Assembly (NCBI GenBank): GCA_963677485.1 | Contig: OY781964.1 | Span: 4,352,001 to 4,416,000, forward strand | DNA: 64,000 bases | Direction: 5' to 3' | DNA from: Armatimonadota bacterium | GTDB taxonomy: Bacteria; Armatimonadota; HRBIN16 | Shown here: positions 29,614-37,855 of the stretch, one piece after another | How positions within the stretch are numbered: the first letter of the stretch is position 1 | Layout: every line of letters starts with the position of its first letter | Notes under the pieces: model-generated | The model's input: only the letters and a program-made list of their open reading frames with translations | Told to the model about the DNA's origin: nothing | Database searches by the model: none | Position numbers and translations under genes: made by a program

Positions 29614-30497
29614 AACTCAGTGTGATTATCGTCAACTGGAATTCGTGTGATTCAATACGCGCATGTTTAGGCGGGCTTCAAGCGCGTCTTGATGATCGTC
29701 ATGAGGTGCTTGTGGTTGACAATGCCAGTTCTGACGGCAGTGTAGAGATGATCCGTGCGGAGTTTCCTAAAGTGCAGGTTCTGCCGCAAGCCGTGAACCT
29801 CGGGTTTGGTGGTGGGGCCAATGTGGGAGCCGCTGCCAGCCAAGGCCAATTCCTGCTCTTCTTGAACCCAGATAGCACCGCAGCGGAACTAGACGCAGAT
29901 GCTTTAGTCGATGCCATGCAGAAGCACGCGGATACTGGCATAGCCGGCATCCGCGTACTGAACCCTGATGGCAGCCTGCAGATGTCCTGCCGCCGATTCC
30001 CTATCTATGAAGCCGGTCTGTTTCGCAACACTGTGCTTGGACGGTTGTTTCCCAATAACCGCTACCTGAAGGCCTACCTCATGCTGGACTTCCAGCACGA
30101 CCGTGTGCAGCCGGTGGACTGGGTTTCTGGCTGTGCCATGGTGGTCCGGCGGGCCTGCTGGGATGCGCTGAAGGGGTTTGATGAGCGGTTCTTTATGTAT
30201 TGCGAGGATGTGGACATCTGCTGGCGGGCGCATAAAGCGAACTGGCAGGTGCAATATCTGCCGGTCACTTCAGTGCACCACCGTATCGGCAGCTCCACCG
30301 ACCTGGCGGTGAACAAGATGATCCGGTGCTTCCACCGCAGCCACTGGCAGTTCTATTTGAAGAACTACTATCCCGATAGCAATGTCTTCACGGCTGGTCT
30401 GGTCTGGTGCCTGCTGCAAGCACGGGCGAACCTGCTGGTTCTTCGTAACTACATCATCTGGCTACGCACCGGTCGGCCAAAGCAGATAAGGGTATGA
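29610..30497 (+). CDS. Glycosyltransferase family 2 (WbbL-like); start uncertain (ATA 29610 or GTG 29622)
   Basis: IELSVIIVNWN, VVDNASSDGS, FLNPD, VDWVSGCAM, GFDERFFMYCEDVD. Confidence 0.9.
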   Translation: MELSVIIVNWNSCDSIRACLGGLQARLDDRHEVLVVDNASSDGSVEMIRAEFPKVQVLPQAVNLGFGGGANVGAAASQGQFLLFLNPDSTAAELDADALVDAMQKHADTGIAGIRVLNPDGSLQMSCRRFPIYEAGLFRNTVLGRLFPNNRYLKAYLMLDFQHDRVQPVDWVSGCAMVVRRACWDALKGFDERFFMYCEDVDICWRAHKANWQVQYLPVTSVHHRIGSSTDLAVNKMIRCFHRSHWQFYLKNYYPDSNVFTAGLVWCLLQARANLLVLRNYIIWLRTGRPKQIRV

Positions 30498-30504
30498 GCA
30501 GAAT

Positions 30505-32538
30505 ATGAGCCGCAAGCACACTAGTACGCCCCCTCCAACTCCGTCAATCAAACCAGTCGCATCAGTGGAAAGGCCTTCAGCAGCCGTTGTGGTGTTGGCG
30601 GTGTTGGTGCTGCTCATACCGTTCATTGGCGGATATGTGCTGATGGAGCCCGCCGGATCCAATGGCCTGATAGGGATCCTTACGGGCATGTTCGGCACCG
30701 AGAAAGACATCAATATGGCGGTCGGGATATCACTGGGGCTGGCTGGGCTTGCCATGCTTCTGCAGAAGCCCATTCAACGGACCGGCCGGTACTTGACCAC
30801 TCTGTCGGCCATGGCGATCTGGGTGGTGGTCTGCGCGCTGCTGTCGCCATATCATGCGGATGCGGTGCGTCAGGCTGGCTGCTGGTTATCATCGCTGGCA
30901 GTGATCGCGGTGGTCAGCCGCCTGGATCCACGCGGAAAACAGCAGCTCATGGCGGTCATAACCCTTACCGGCAGCCTCGTGGCGTTCATGGCGGTGCGCG
31001 AATACATGGGTAACCTGCGGAGTGCTCCAGACTGGCGGGTTTTTGGGCCGTTTCAGAGCCCTAACATTCTGGCCGCCTACCTATGCTTGACACTGCCATT
31101 GACCCTGGGTTGGCTTTCGCAGCAGATCAAAGCTGAACTGCGTCTGCTTTTGATGATCGGCTGGGGGTTGCAGGTTGCGGCACTGGTGTTGTCTGGCAGC
31201 CGGTTTGGGATTGTCTCTGCGGTGATCGGTTTGCTCATCTGGCTGGTCTGGCTTGCGGTACAGAAGCAATGGGATCGACGCAGGGTACTCAGCATCACAC
31301 GGGCGCTTGCGTTTGGCCTAATCATCGCTGTTCTCTGCACGGCCCCGTTGCGGAACCGGATGGGAGCGGCCCCAAACGCTGGTGCTCAAGAGCATTCGGG
31401 CCAGTTTCGAACTATGACCTGGAAAGGCACCTTGAATATGATCAAGGCGCACCCTGTCGCTGGCGTCGGGCCAAGCTGCTTCGCATACGGCTATGCTCGC
31501 AACGCCATCACCGGATACACCCGAACGGCGCACCAGAGCTATCTTCAGTTGGCGTCTGAGCTGGGTATCCCCGGTCTGTTGCTGTGGCTTGGCGTCGGTC
31601 TGGGGGGCATCGTTGTTCTGGTGCGCAGCCGACAGCAACAAATCCCCGCACCTTTGATGGCGGGGGTGGCCGCCGGTGTGGTCGCGAGCGGATGTCACGC
31701 GCTGATGGATTCGGACTGGCAGATACTGGCGGTGCTGCTGACCCTAAGCGTGCTTGTTGGATTTTGTACCGTGCCTGGTGTTGCAGCGATCGATCGTCCG
31801 GCTGCTACCGCAGCACGCAAATTCGCAGCGGCTTTGGCTCTGGTTGTCGGCCTATGGGTTTATTTGGGAGCCTACTACGCGCAGATTGGGCAAGCCGCGA
31901 TGCGGTCTGGAGATACCCCAACGGCTGTCACTTCGTATAGCCGTCTGCTGGCACTCTGGCCTTTCGACGGCACGGCGATGTTGAACAAGGCGATGTCGCA
32001 GATGGGCGACCCAATCATTGATAGTGCTGACAAGATTCAACGGATTGAGAACGCCTGCTCGCTGATGCCGTCACCTCGTAACTACATGATGGCTGCCAAG
32101 ATGGCCGATGGCCTGCAAAATTCTCAAAAGGCCTTGGAACTATACGAGCGGCTGTTGGCAGTTGACCCGGTGTCGCCGAGGGGATATGTGCGGTATGCTG
32201 GTTTGTTGGAACGCCTCAGGATGTATCCAAAAGCTGCTGAGGTGTACAAGCGGCTCGTGGAACTGGAGCAGTCACCTGCAGGTCAAATCCGAGCCGTGCC
32301 GGAGCTGCCGGAAACCGACTTTATATTTGGGCATGGTGGGCTGGCACGAGATGCCGCACGCCGCGGTGATGGCAAACAGGCCGTGGAGCAATACCAAGAG
32401 GTGCTATTGAAGTTGGCCGCCGATGTGAAAGCGCGCGACGCGAACCCGACGATGAATCTGGCCAAACCACGCGAGATGTCGGATGAGCTGGACGCGCTAG
32501 AGCGAGAGGCCAAGAGCTGGTTGAGCACGGACCAATAG
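30505..32538 (+). CDS. O-antigen ligase (Wzy_C)-family membrane protein with C-terminal TPR repeats
   Basis: Many transmembrane helices, RVFGPFQSPNILA, LSGSRFG, R..TW...L.MI..HP..GVG, AHQSYLQLASELG, and a helical TPR-like C-terminus. Confidence 0.85.
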   Translation: MSRKHTSTPPPTPSIKPVASVERPSAAVVVLAVLVLLIPFIGGYVLMEPAGSNGLIGILTGMFGTEKDINMAVGISLGLAGLAMLLQKPIQRTGRYLTTLSAMAIWVVVCALLSPYHADAVRQAGCWLSSLAVIAVVSRLDPRGKQQLMAVITLTGSLVAFMAVREYMGNLRSAPDWRVFGPFQSPNILAAYLCLTLPLTLGWLSQQIKAELRLLLMIGWGLQVAALVLSGSRFGIVSAVIGLLIWLVWLAVQKQWDRRRVLSITRALAFGLIIAVLCTAPLRNRMGAAPNAGAQEHSGQFRTMTWKGTLNMIKAHPVAGVGPSCFAYGYARNAITGYTRTAHQSYLQLASELGIPGLLLWLGVGLGGIVVLVRSRQQQIPAPLMAGVAAGVVASGCHALMDSDWQILAVLLTLSVLVGFCTVPGVAAIDRPAATAARKFAAALALVVGLWVYLGAYYAQIGQAAMRSGDTPTAVTSYSRLLALWPFDGTAMLNKAMSQMGDPIIDSADKIQRIENACSLMPSPRNYMMAAKMADGLQNSQKALELYERLLAVDPVSPRGYVRYAGLLERLRMYPKAAEVYKRLVELEQSPAGQIRAVPELPETDFIFGHGGLARDAARRGDGKQAVEQYQEVLLKLAADVKARDANPTMNLAKPREMSDELDALEREAKSWLSTDQ

Positions 32539-32581
32539 TGGCGAGGGGGCTGTTAAAGCCGGGTGCCTTCTAATAAAATCG

Positions 32582-32621
32582 GGGCCCGTGAACGGCAGGT
32601 CTATCTGCAGCTCACGGGCCC
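32582..32621. terminator. Hairpin between the convergent ligase and apt genes
   Basis: GGGCCCGTGA...TCACGGGCCC stem flanked by short A/T runs. Confidence 0.55.
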
Positions 32622-32637
32622 ATTTGAATCATGCTTG

Positions 32638-33162
32638 CTAATAGTGGATCAGCGAGCAGACCTCAACCCCAGTCAAGAGCTTTCGGCCCTCAAGGAAATC
32701 CAACTCGATCATGAAGGCCAATCCAGCCACCGTTCCACCGACCATCTCCACCAGCTTGACAGCGGCACAAGCGGTGCCGCCGGTAGCCAGCAGGTCGTCG
32801 ACAACGAGCACTTTTTGTCCAGGTTTGACCGCATCGGTATGCATTTCGATCTCTGCAACGCCATACTCCAGGCTGTAGGCTTGCACCACGGTGTCATAGG
32901 GCAGCTTACCTTTCTTGCGGATCGGCACGAAACTGATGTTGAGCTCACGCGCCAGAGCGACGCCGAAAATGAATCCTCGGCTTTCGATTCCGGCGATCGC
33001 CTCAGCATCACATTTCCGTGCGAAGTCAGCCATCATTGATATGATTTCAGCGAACGCCTCTGGGTTCTGTAGCACCGGTGTGATGTCGCGAAACAAGATA
33101 CCGGGCTGCGGGAAGTCAGGGATGGACCGGATGAGCTGTTCGGCTTGAAGTGCTTTCATCAT
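32638..33162 (-). CDS. apt: Adenine phosphoribosyltransferase
   Basis: IRSIPDFPQPGILFRDITP, GIESRGF, RKKGKLP, YSLEYG, VVDDLLATGGT. Confidence 0.97.
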   Translation of the reverse strand: MMKALQAEQLIRSIPDFPQPGILFRDITPVLQNPEAFAEIISMMADFARKCDAEAIAGIESRGFIFGVALARELNISFVPIRKKGKLPYDTVVQAYSLEYGVAEIEMHTDAVKPGQKVLVVDDLLATGGTACAAVKLVEMVGGTVAGLAFMIELDFLEGRKLLTGVEVCSLIHY

Positions 33163-34196
33163 TTGGCTCCTTTGATGGCTTGCATGATCGACTGAGTGTA
33201 TGGAGGGCGCAGCACGCCTTGCTCCGTGATGATTCCCGCTATCAGGGCTGCTGGCGTGACATCAAACCCAGGGTTCCAGAACTTGGCCCCGTTGGGGGCT
33301 ATCTGCACGTCTTGAATATGCGAGACCTCGCGGTGTGTTCGCTCTTCAATGGGGATGCCGCTGCCATCGGCCAGCTTCTGGTCAAATGTGCTGAGCGGGG
33401 CCGCGATGTAGAAGGGCACATGGTGGTAGTTTGAAATCACCGCCAGGCCGAAGGTGCCCACCTTGTTCGCGGTATCGCCATTCATGGCGATGCGGTCGGC
33501 ACCGACCACGACGGCATCAACTTCCCCGCGTGATTGGAGGCTGGCGGCCATATTGTCGGTGATGATGGTGACTTCGAAGCCGTCTTCTATCAGTTCCCAG
33601 CCCGTCAACTGCATCCCCTGAAGGCGGGGGCGGGTTTCGTCAGCGTATACCTTGATCTGCTTCCCAGCCTCTCTGGCGGCCCGAAACACACCCAGGGCCG
33701 TTCCGTAGCCCACACAGGCCAGGGCACCTGCGTTGCAGTGTGTCTGCACACGGCAGGGATCAGGCAGCAGTTCCTGCCCGTAGAAGCCAAGCTTGCGGTT
33801 GATCGCGATGTCCTCCTCCAGCACCAGCTCGCTTTCGACGCGCAGCAGACGTGAGGCCTCGGAAGCCGATGGAGCTTTCAGAGCCACACCCTTCATCCGC
33901 TCAATCGCCCAGAACAGGTTGACGGCTGTGGGTCGTGTGGCAGCAAAGACCTCGCATGCATGAAGGAACTGCGGCATGAACTCACCACCCGCCTCAGCGA
34001 TCTGCCGTCCGGCGAGAGCCAGACCACACGCGGCTGTTCCGCCGATGGCCGGTGCACCGCGCACCACCATGTCGGTGATGCTGGCAGCAACATCATGCCA
34101 GTCATGGTATTCCACCATCACAAGCTTGTGCGGTAGTTTGGTCTGGTCGATCATTTTTACCGCATCGCCTGCCCATTGAACAGTTTGAGGGATCAT
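33159..34196 (-). CDS. mtnA: S-methyl-5-thioribose-1-phosphate isomerase
   Basis: IDQTKLP, MVVRGAPAIG, RPTAVNL, THCNAGALAC, ETRPRLQG, GADRIAMNGDTANKVGT, NPGFDVTP. Confidence 0.96.
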   Translation of the reverse strand: MIPQTVQWAGDAVKMIDQTKLPHKLVMVEYHDWHDVAASITDMVVRGAPAIGGTAACGLALAGRQIAEAGGEFMPQFLHACEVFAATRPTAVNLFWAIERMKGVALKAPSASEASRLLRVESELVLEEDIAINRKLGFYGQELLPDPCRVQTHCNAGALACVGYGTALGVFRAAREAGKQIKVYADETRPRLQGMQLTGWELIEDGFEVTIITDNMAASLQSRGEVDAVVVGADRIAMNGDTANKVGTFGLAVISNYHHVPFYIAAPLSTFDQKLADGSGIPIEERTHREVSHIQDVQIAPNGAKFWNPGFDVTPAALIAGIITEQGVLRPPYTQSIMQAIKGAK

Positions 34197-34211
34197 GTAT
34201 ATACTCCTGGC

Positions 34212-35021
34212 CTAGTGGCCTAAAATCGCGTGGTCAAGGGAATGAGAACACTGGCAGTGGTGCTCTATGGGTGTCTTGGTGATGACATCCAGCACGACTT
34301 GCTTAATCCGAGAAGAGTTTTCGGCAAACACTCGCCCTACTTCCGCAAATGTGACCGGCGGCACATCGCCCTCCGCCACCAGCCCGCAGTCGTAGTCAGT
34401 CACCAGGCCGATACCCACCACACACATGGCCTGCTCCACCGCCAGGATGACCTCGGGGTAGGCGGTCATGGAGATCGTATGCCATCCCTGGTCTGTGAAC
34501 ATCTGGCTCTCCGCAGAGCTGCTGAACCGTGGACCGTTGATCACGACCATCGTTCCAGTCTCCCAACATGGGATGTTTTGTTCTTTAATAGAGTCGATGG
34601 CAATCTGTCGCATCTCAGGGCAATAGGGGTTGGCTGCACTCACGTGGCAGACAACCGGACCGTCGTAAAAAGTGTCGAAACGTCCCCGCGTCCGATCTAC
34701 AAACTGATCTACAACCACAAAATGACCTGGTTTGATCTCGGCTTGCAGACTACCACAGGCGCAAGGGCTGAGGATTCGGCTCACTCCCAGATGCTTCATC
34801 GCCCAGAGGTTGGCACGGTAATTGATTTGGTGAGGAGGTATGGTGTGGTCAACGCTATGACGCGGCATAAAGGCCACACTCTTTCCTGCGACCTCGGCAA
34901 TTGAGATGTTGGCACTAGGATGTCCATACGGAGTATCTACCGCGAACGTTTCTGCGTTGGTAAAGAGCGAATAGAAACCAGAACCGCCGAAAACCCCGAT
35001 ATCTGCGCGAGGTAACTGCAT
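34212..35021 (-). CDS. mtnP: S-methyl-5'-thioadenosine phosphorylase
   Basis: IGVFGGSG, TPYG.PS, PRH...H.IPPH.INYRAN, GPRFSS.AES, and VTDYD (MTAP-type). Co-oriented with mtnA. Confidence 0.92.
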   Translation of the reverse strand: MQLPRADIGVFGGSGFYSLFTNAETFAVDTPYGHPSANISIAEVAGKSVAFMPRHSVDHTIPPHQINYRANLWAMKHLGVSRILSPCACGSLQAEIKPGHFVVVDQFVDRTRGRFDTFYDGPVVCHVSAANPYCPEMRQIAIDSIKEQNIPCWETGTMVVINGPRFSSSAESQMFTDQGWHTISMTAYPEVILAVEQAMCVVGIGLVTDYDCGLVAEGDVPPVTFAEVGRVFAENSSRIKQVVLDVITKTPIEHHCQCSHSLDHAILGH

Positions 35022-35100
35022 CCCGAATTCCTCCTACACCGAGTAACATAGTATATGGGTGAATAGTTCCCAATCTTTATTGTAACCTCAGAAGGGGTAA

Positions 35101-36075
35101 ATGCCGATGGGTTTCGATGTATTTGGTATGTGCAATGCACTTATCGATCTGCAAGCACAGGTTACCGATACGCTGCTTGAGGAGTTGAATCTGAATAAAA
35201 ACTCAATGCAGTTAGTTGATGAACAACAGAGCGATCATATTCTGGAGTGTATCGGCAGTTTAGTGACGAATGTAGAGGCGGGTGGATCGGGCGCGAATAC
35301 GATGATCGGCATTGCTCAGATGGGCGGTGTTGCCAGCTTCTCCAGCAGTGTTGGGCGAGACGAGTATGGCGACCGGTATATCAACGGCCTTGAGCGTAAA
35401 CACGTTACCCCCTGCATCGCACGCAAAGACGGCCTCACTGGCACGTCGATCATCCTCATTACCCCCGATGCGGAGCGCACCATGCTGACCTGCCTCGGTG
35501 CCAGTCGAAACATGACCGATGATGATGTGAACATTACGCTGTTGCGAAGAAGCCGCACATTGTATATCACAGGATATATGTGGGATACCCCGGCGCAGAA
35601 AGCTGCGGTAAGGTTCGCGATGCAGACAGCGAAGGAGCACGGAATCACCGTAGCATTTAGTCTCGCCGACCCGTTCTGTGTCGTACGGCACAAAGCGGAC
35701 TTTGAGCATTTGATCAAGAATTATGTCGATGTGGTGATTGGTAACGGCGATGAGATGCGTGCCTTGACCGACTGCAGTGATCCGCTTGATGCAGTAGATG
35801 AGCTTGCTCAAGGTGGACGTATTGCTGCGGTCACCCTGGGTGCCTCTGGATCTGTGCTGGCGGGCGGCGGCAAGAGGGCGCGAATCAATGCGCGTGAAGT
35901 GAATGCCATCGACACGACTGGTGCAGGTGACATGTTCGCGGCGGGACTGTTATACGGATTGGCTCGCGAGCTCACATTAGAGCGGTGTGGTCAGATTGCC
36001 AGTTATGCCTCAGGCGAAGTGGTTGCCAAGATCGGCCCGAGGGTCGATCATTTGAATATCGCCCATTTGGTGTAG
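35101..36075 (+). CDS. PfkB-family kinase, adenosine-kinase-like
   Basis: NALIDL, GGSGANT, TPDAERTMLTCLGA, N.DE, and the DTTGAGDMFAAG anion hole. Confidence 0.88.
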   Translation: MPMGFDVFGMCNALIDLQAQVTDTLLEELNLNKNSMQLVDEQQSDHILECIGSLVTNVEAGGSGANTMIGIAQMGGVASFSSSVGRDEYGDRYINGLERKHVTPCIARKDGLTGTSIILITPDAERTMLTCLGASRNMTDDDVNITLLRRSRTLYITGYMWDTPAQKAAVRFAMQTAKEHGITVAFSLADPFCVVRHKADFEHLIKNYVDVVIGNGDEMRALTDCSDPLDAVDELAQGGRIAAVTLGASGSVLAGGGKRARINAREVNAIDTTGAGDMFAAGLLYGLARELTLERCGQIASYASGEVVAKIGPRVDHLNIAHLV

Positions 36076-36077
36076 TC

Positions 36078-37553
36078 ATGAAAACAATACGGCTGCTGTT
36101 GTGCCTGTGTTGCCTGACTCTGACTGCGGTATGCTGGTCACAGCATACCGACGAAACATCGGATGCGGGCCAGGTTTTGGCCCCCATACTCAGCCTTTCG
36201 GAGCAGGGTGATGTGGTTGGTGTGACCAAACTGCTGGACGAAGGCACAGATGTCGACGTTGTCGATAATGCAGGTCGGACACCACTTTGGCGGGCTGCGG
36301 CTGCGGGACAGGTAGACGTGATGCGACTGCTGTTGGGCCGGAAGGCGGACGTCAACCATGCTGATGATCGCAAAATGACACCGCTTGACGCTGCAGCACA
36401 GAAGGGACAGAGCAAGGCGGTGCTATTGCTGCTGCAGTTTCGGGCCAAACCTATGCTCATGGCATCACTAGGCCTTTACCCGGTACATTACGCCGCTATG
36501 TCTGGTGATGTAGCAACTCTCAGGATTTTTGTCACATCTGAGAAGACGAAGAATCTGAGGAGCAGCCGTGGATACTACCTTCTTCATTTTGCAGTGATGT
36601 CCAACAAGCCAGATGCGGTCATGTGGTTATTGCAGCACGGGGCAAAGGTGGACGCGGTGGGTTATGATGGTATGACCGCTTTGAACATCGCCGCGCGTGT
36701 CAAGACGGTGGATATGGCTGAGTTGCTTTGCGATCATGGAGCCAATATCAACAGAGTTGGGCTGACCGGCGAAACACCGCTATATTCGGCTTGTGCCGCC
36801 GCCAATGAAGCACTGGTCACCAGGCTCATGCAGAAAGGTGCCAATCCCAAGTTGGTCGGGGCTAATGGAAGGACCGCCCTGCTTGGGGCCGTGTCTTCAG
36901 GCAGTATCGCTATTACCACGTTGATGCTCGATAAAGGGTGTTCGCCAAATGACCGTGACAAAGCAGGACTTTCGCCTCTGCTGCAGGCTGTGTATCGTGG
37001 AGAGCTGCCAATGGTGCAGTTGTTAGTTAACCGAGGTGCCACTGTCGACATCACGAACTGGAGCGGCCTCACGCCTCTGTATACGGCTCTGATGCATAGA
37101 AGGCAGGAAATCGCCCAGTACTTACTCGATAAGGGTGCCCAGGTGAATGGGATAGACCCGGACGGGTATACATTTTTACATCGGGCGGCGCAAGAGAATC
37201 GTGCTGATGTTGCTGGAATTCTGCTGGCTGTCGGCGCGAAGATCAACACGCAGACGGTGGGTGGGAAGCTCACTCCGTTGTATTATGCGGTCACGGAGAG
37301 TGCTGATGACATGGTGGAGCTGCTGCTGCAGTCTGGCGCGGACCCGAATATACCCTCTGCGCGTGGTTCTACGCCACTACATGTGGCAGCCGAAAGAGGG
37401 GAGCGGGGTCTTGCGCAGCTACTTGTCGAGCATGGAGCGAACCCAGCGTTGAAGGACCGCGACGGGAAAACACCATATGATATTGCAGTGAAGATGCAGG
37501 ACAAGGGTATGCAGGAGTATTTGCAGGGGTTATCATCAACTAAGGGTAAGTAA
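36078..37553 (+). CDS. Secreted ankyrin-repeat protein
   Basis: Signal peptide MKTIRLLLCLCCL... followed by many G.TPL..A...G...v..LL..GA.vn repeats. Confidence 0.92.
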   Translation: MKTIRLLLCLCCLTLTAVCWSQHTDETSDAGQVLAPILSLSEQGDVVGVTKLLDEGTDVDVVDNAGRTPLWRAAAAGQVDVMRLLLGRKADVNHADDRKMTPLDAAAQKGQSKAVLLLLQFRAKPMLMASLGLYPVHYAAMSGDVATLRIFVTSEKTKNLRSSRGYYLLHFAVMSNKPDAVMWLLQHGAKVDAVGYDGMTALNIAARVKTVDMAELLCDHGANINRVGLTGETPLYSACAAANEALVTRLMQKGANPKLVGANGRTALLGAVSSGSIAITTLMLDKGCSPNDRDKAGLSPLLQAVYRGELPMVQLLVNRGATVDITNWSGLTPLYTALMHRRQEIAQYLLDKGAQVNGIDPDGYTFLHRAAQENRADVAGILLAVGAKINTQTVGGKLTPLYYAVTESADDMVELLLQSGADPNIPSARGSTPLHVAAERGERGLAQLLVEHGANPALKDRDGKTPYDIAVKMQDKGMQEYLQGLSSTKGK

Positions 37554-37557
37554 AAAG

Positions 37558-37633
37558 TGGCGCGCCCAGAGGGACTCGAACCCCCGACCTCTAGGTCCGC
37601 AACCTAGCGCTCTATCCGCTGAGCTATGGGCGC
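37558..37633 (-). tRNA. tRNA-Arg(GCG), copy 2
   Basis: GCGCCCATAGCTCAGCGGATAGAGCG-CTAGG-TTGCGGA-CCTAG-AGGTCGGGGGTTCGAGTCCCTCTGGGCGCGCCA, 76 nt. Confidence 0.96.
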
Positions 37634-37669
37634 AATCGAAACGATGGCAACACGGGCGTGATTATTAAT

Positions 37670-37745
37670 TGGCGCGCCCAGAGGGACTCGAACCCCCGAC
37701 CTCTAGGTCCGCAACCTAGCGCTCTATCCGCTGAGCTATGGGCGC
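37670..37745 (-). tRNA. tRNA-Arg(GCG), copy 1 (identical to copy 2)
   Basis: Identical 76-nt sequence, separated from copy 2 by a 36-nt spacer. Confidence 0.96.
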
Positions 37746-37756
37746 GCGCCTTCGAT

Positions 37757-37785
37757 AGTATACCCCGCCCGAAGGAATTCTGCAA
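37757..37785 (-). promoter_or_regulatory. Sigma70 promoter of the tRNA-Arg pair
   Basis: Minus strand TTGCAG-N17-TATACT. Confidence 0.75.
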
Positions 37786-37812
37786 ATTCAAGTGTTGTGA
37801 AGGCTTTTCTAA

Positions 37813-37848
37813 GGTATGCCCCGATTGCTTACGCATTCGGGGCATACC
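37813..37848 (-). terminator. Hairpin after the GH78 gene
   Basis: 12-bp stem GGTATGCCCCGA/TCGGGGCATACC just past the stop codon. Confidence 0.6.
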
Positions 37849-37855
37849 ATCGTGC

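Noticed and set aside
37558-37745. Duplicated tRNA-Arg as attL/attR of an integrated element
   Set aside because: Both copies are complete, only 36 nt apart, with no integrase or cargo between them.
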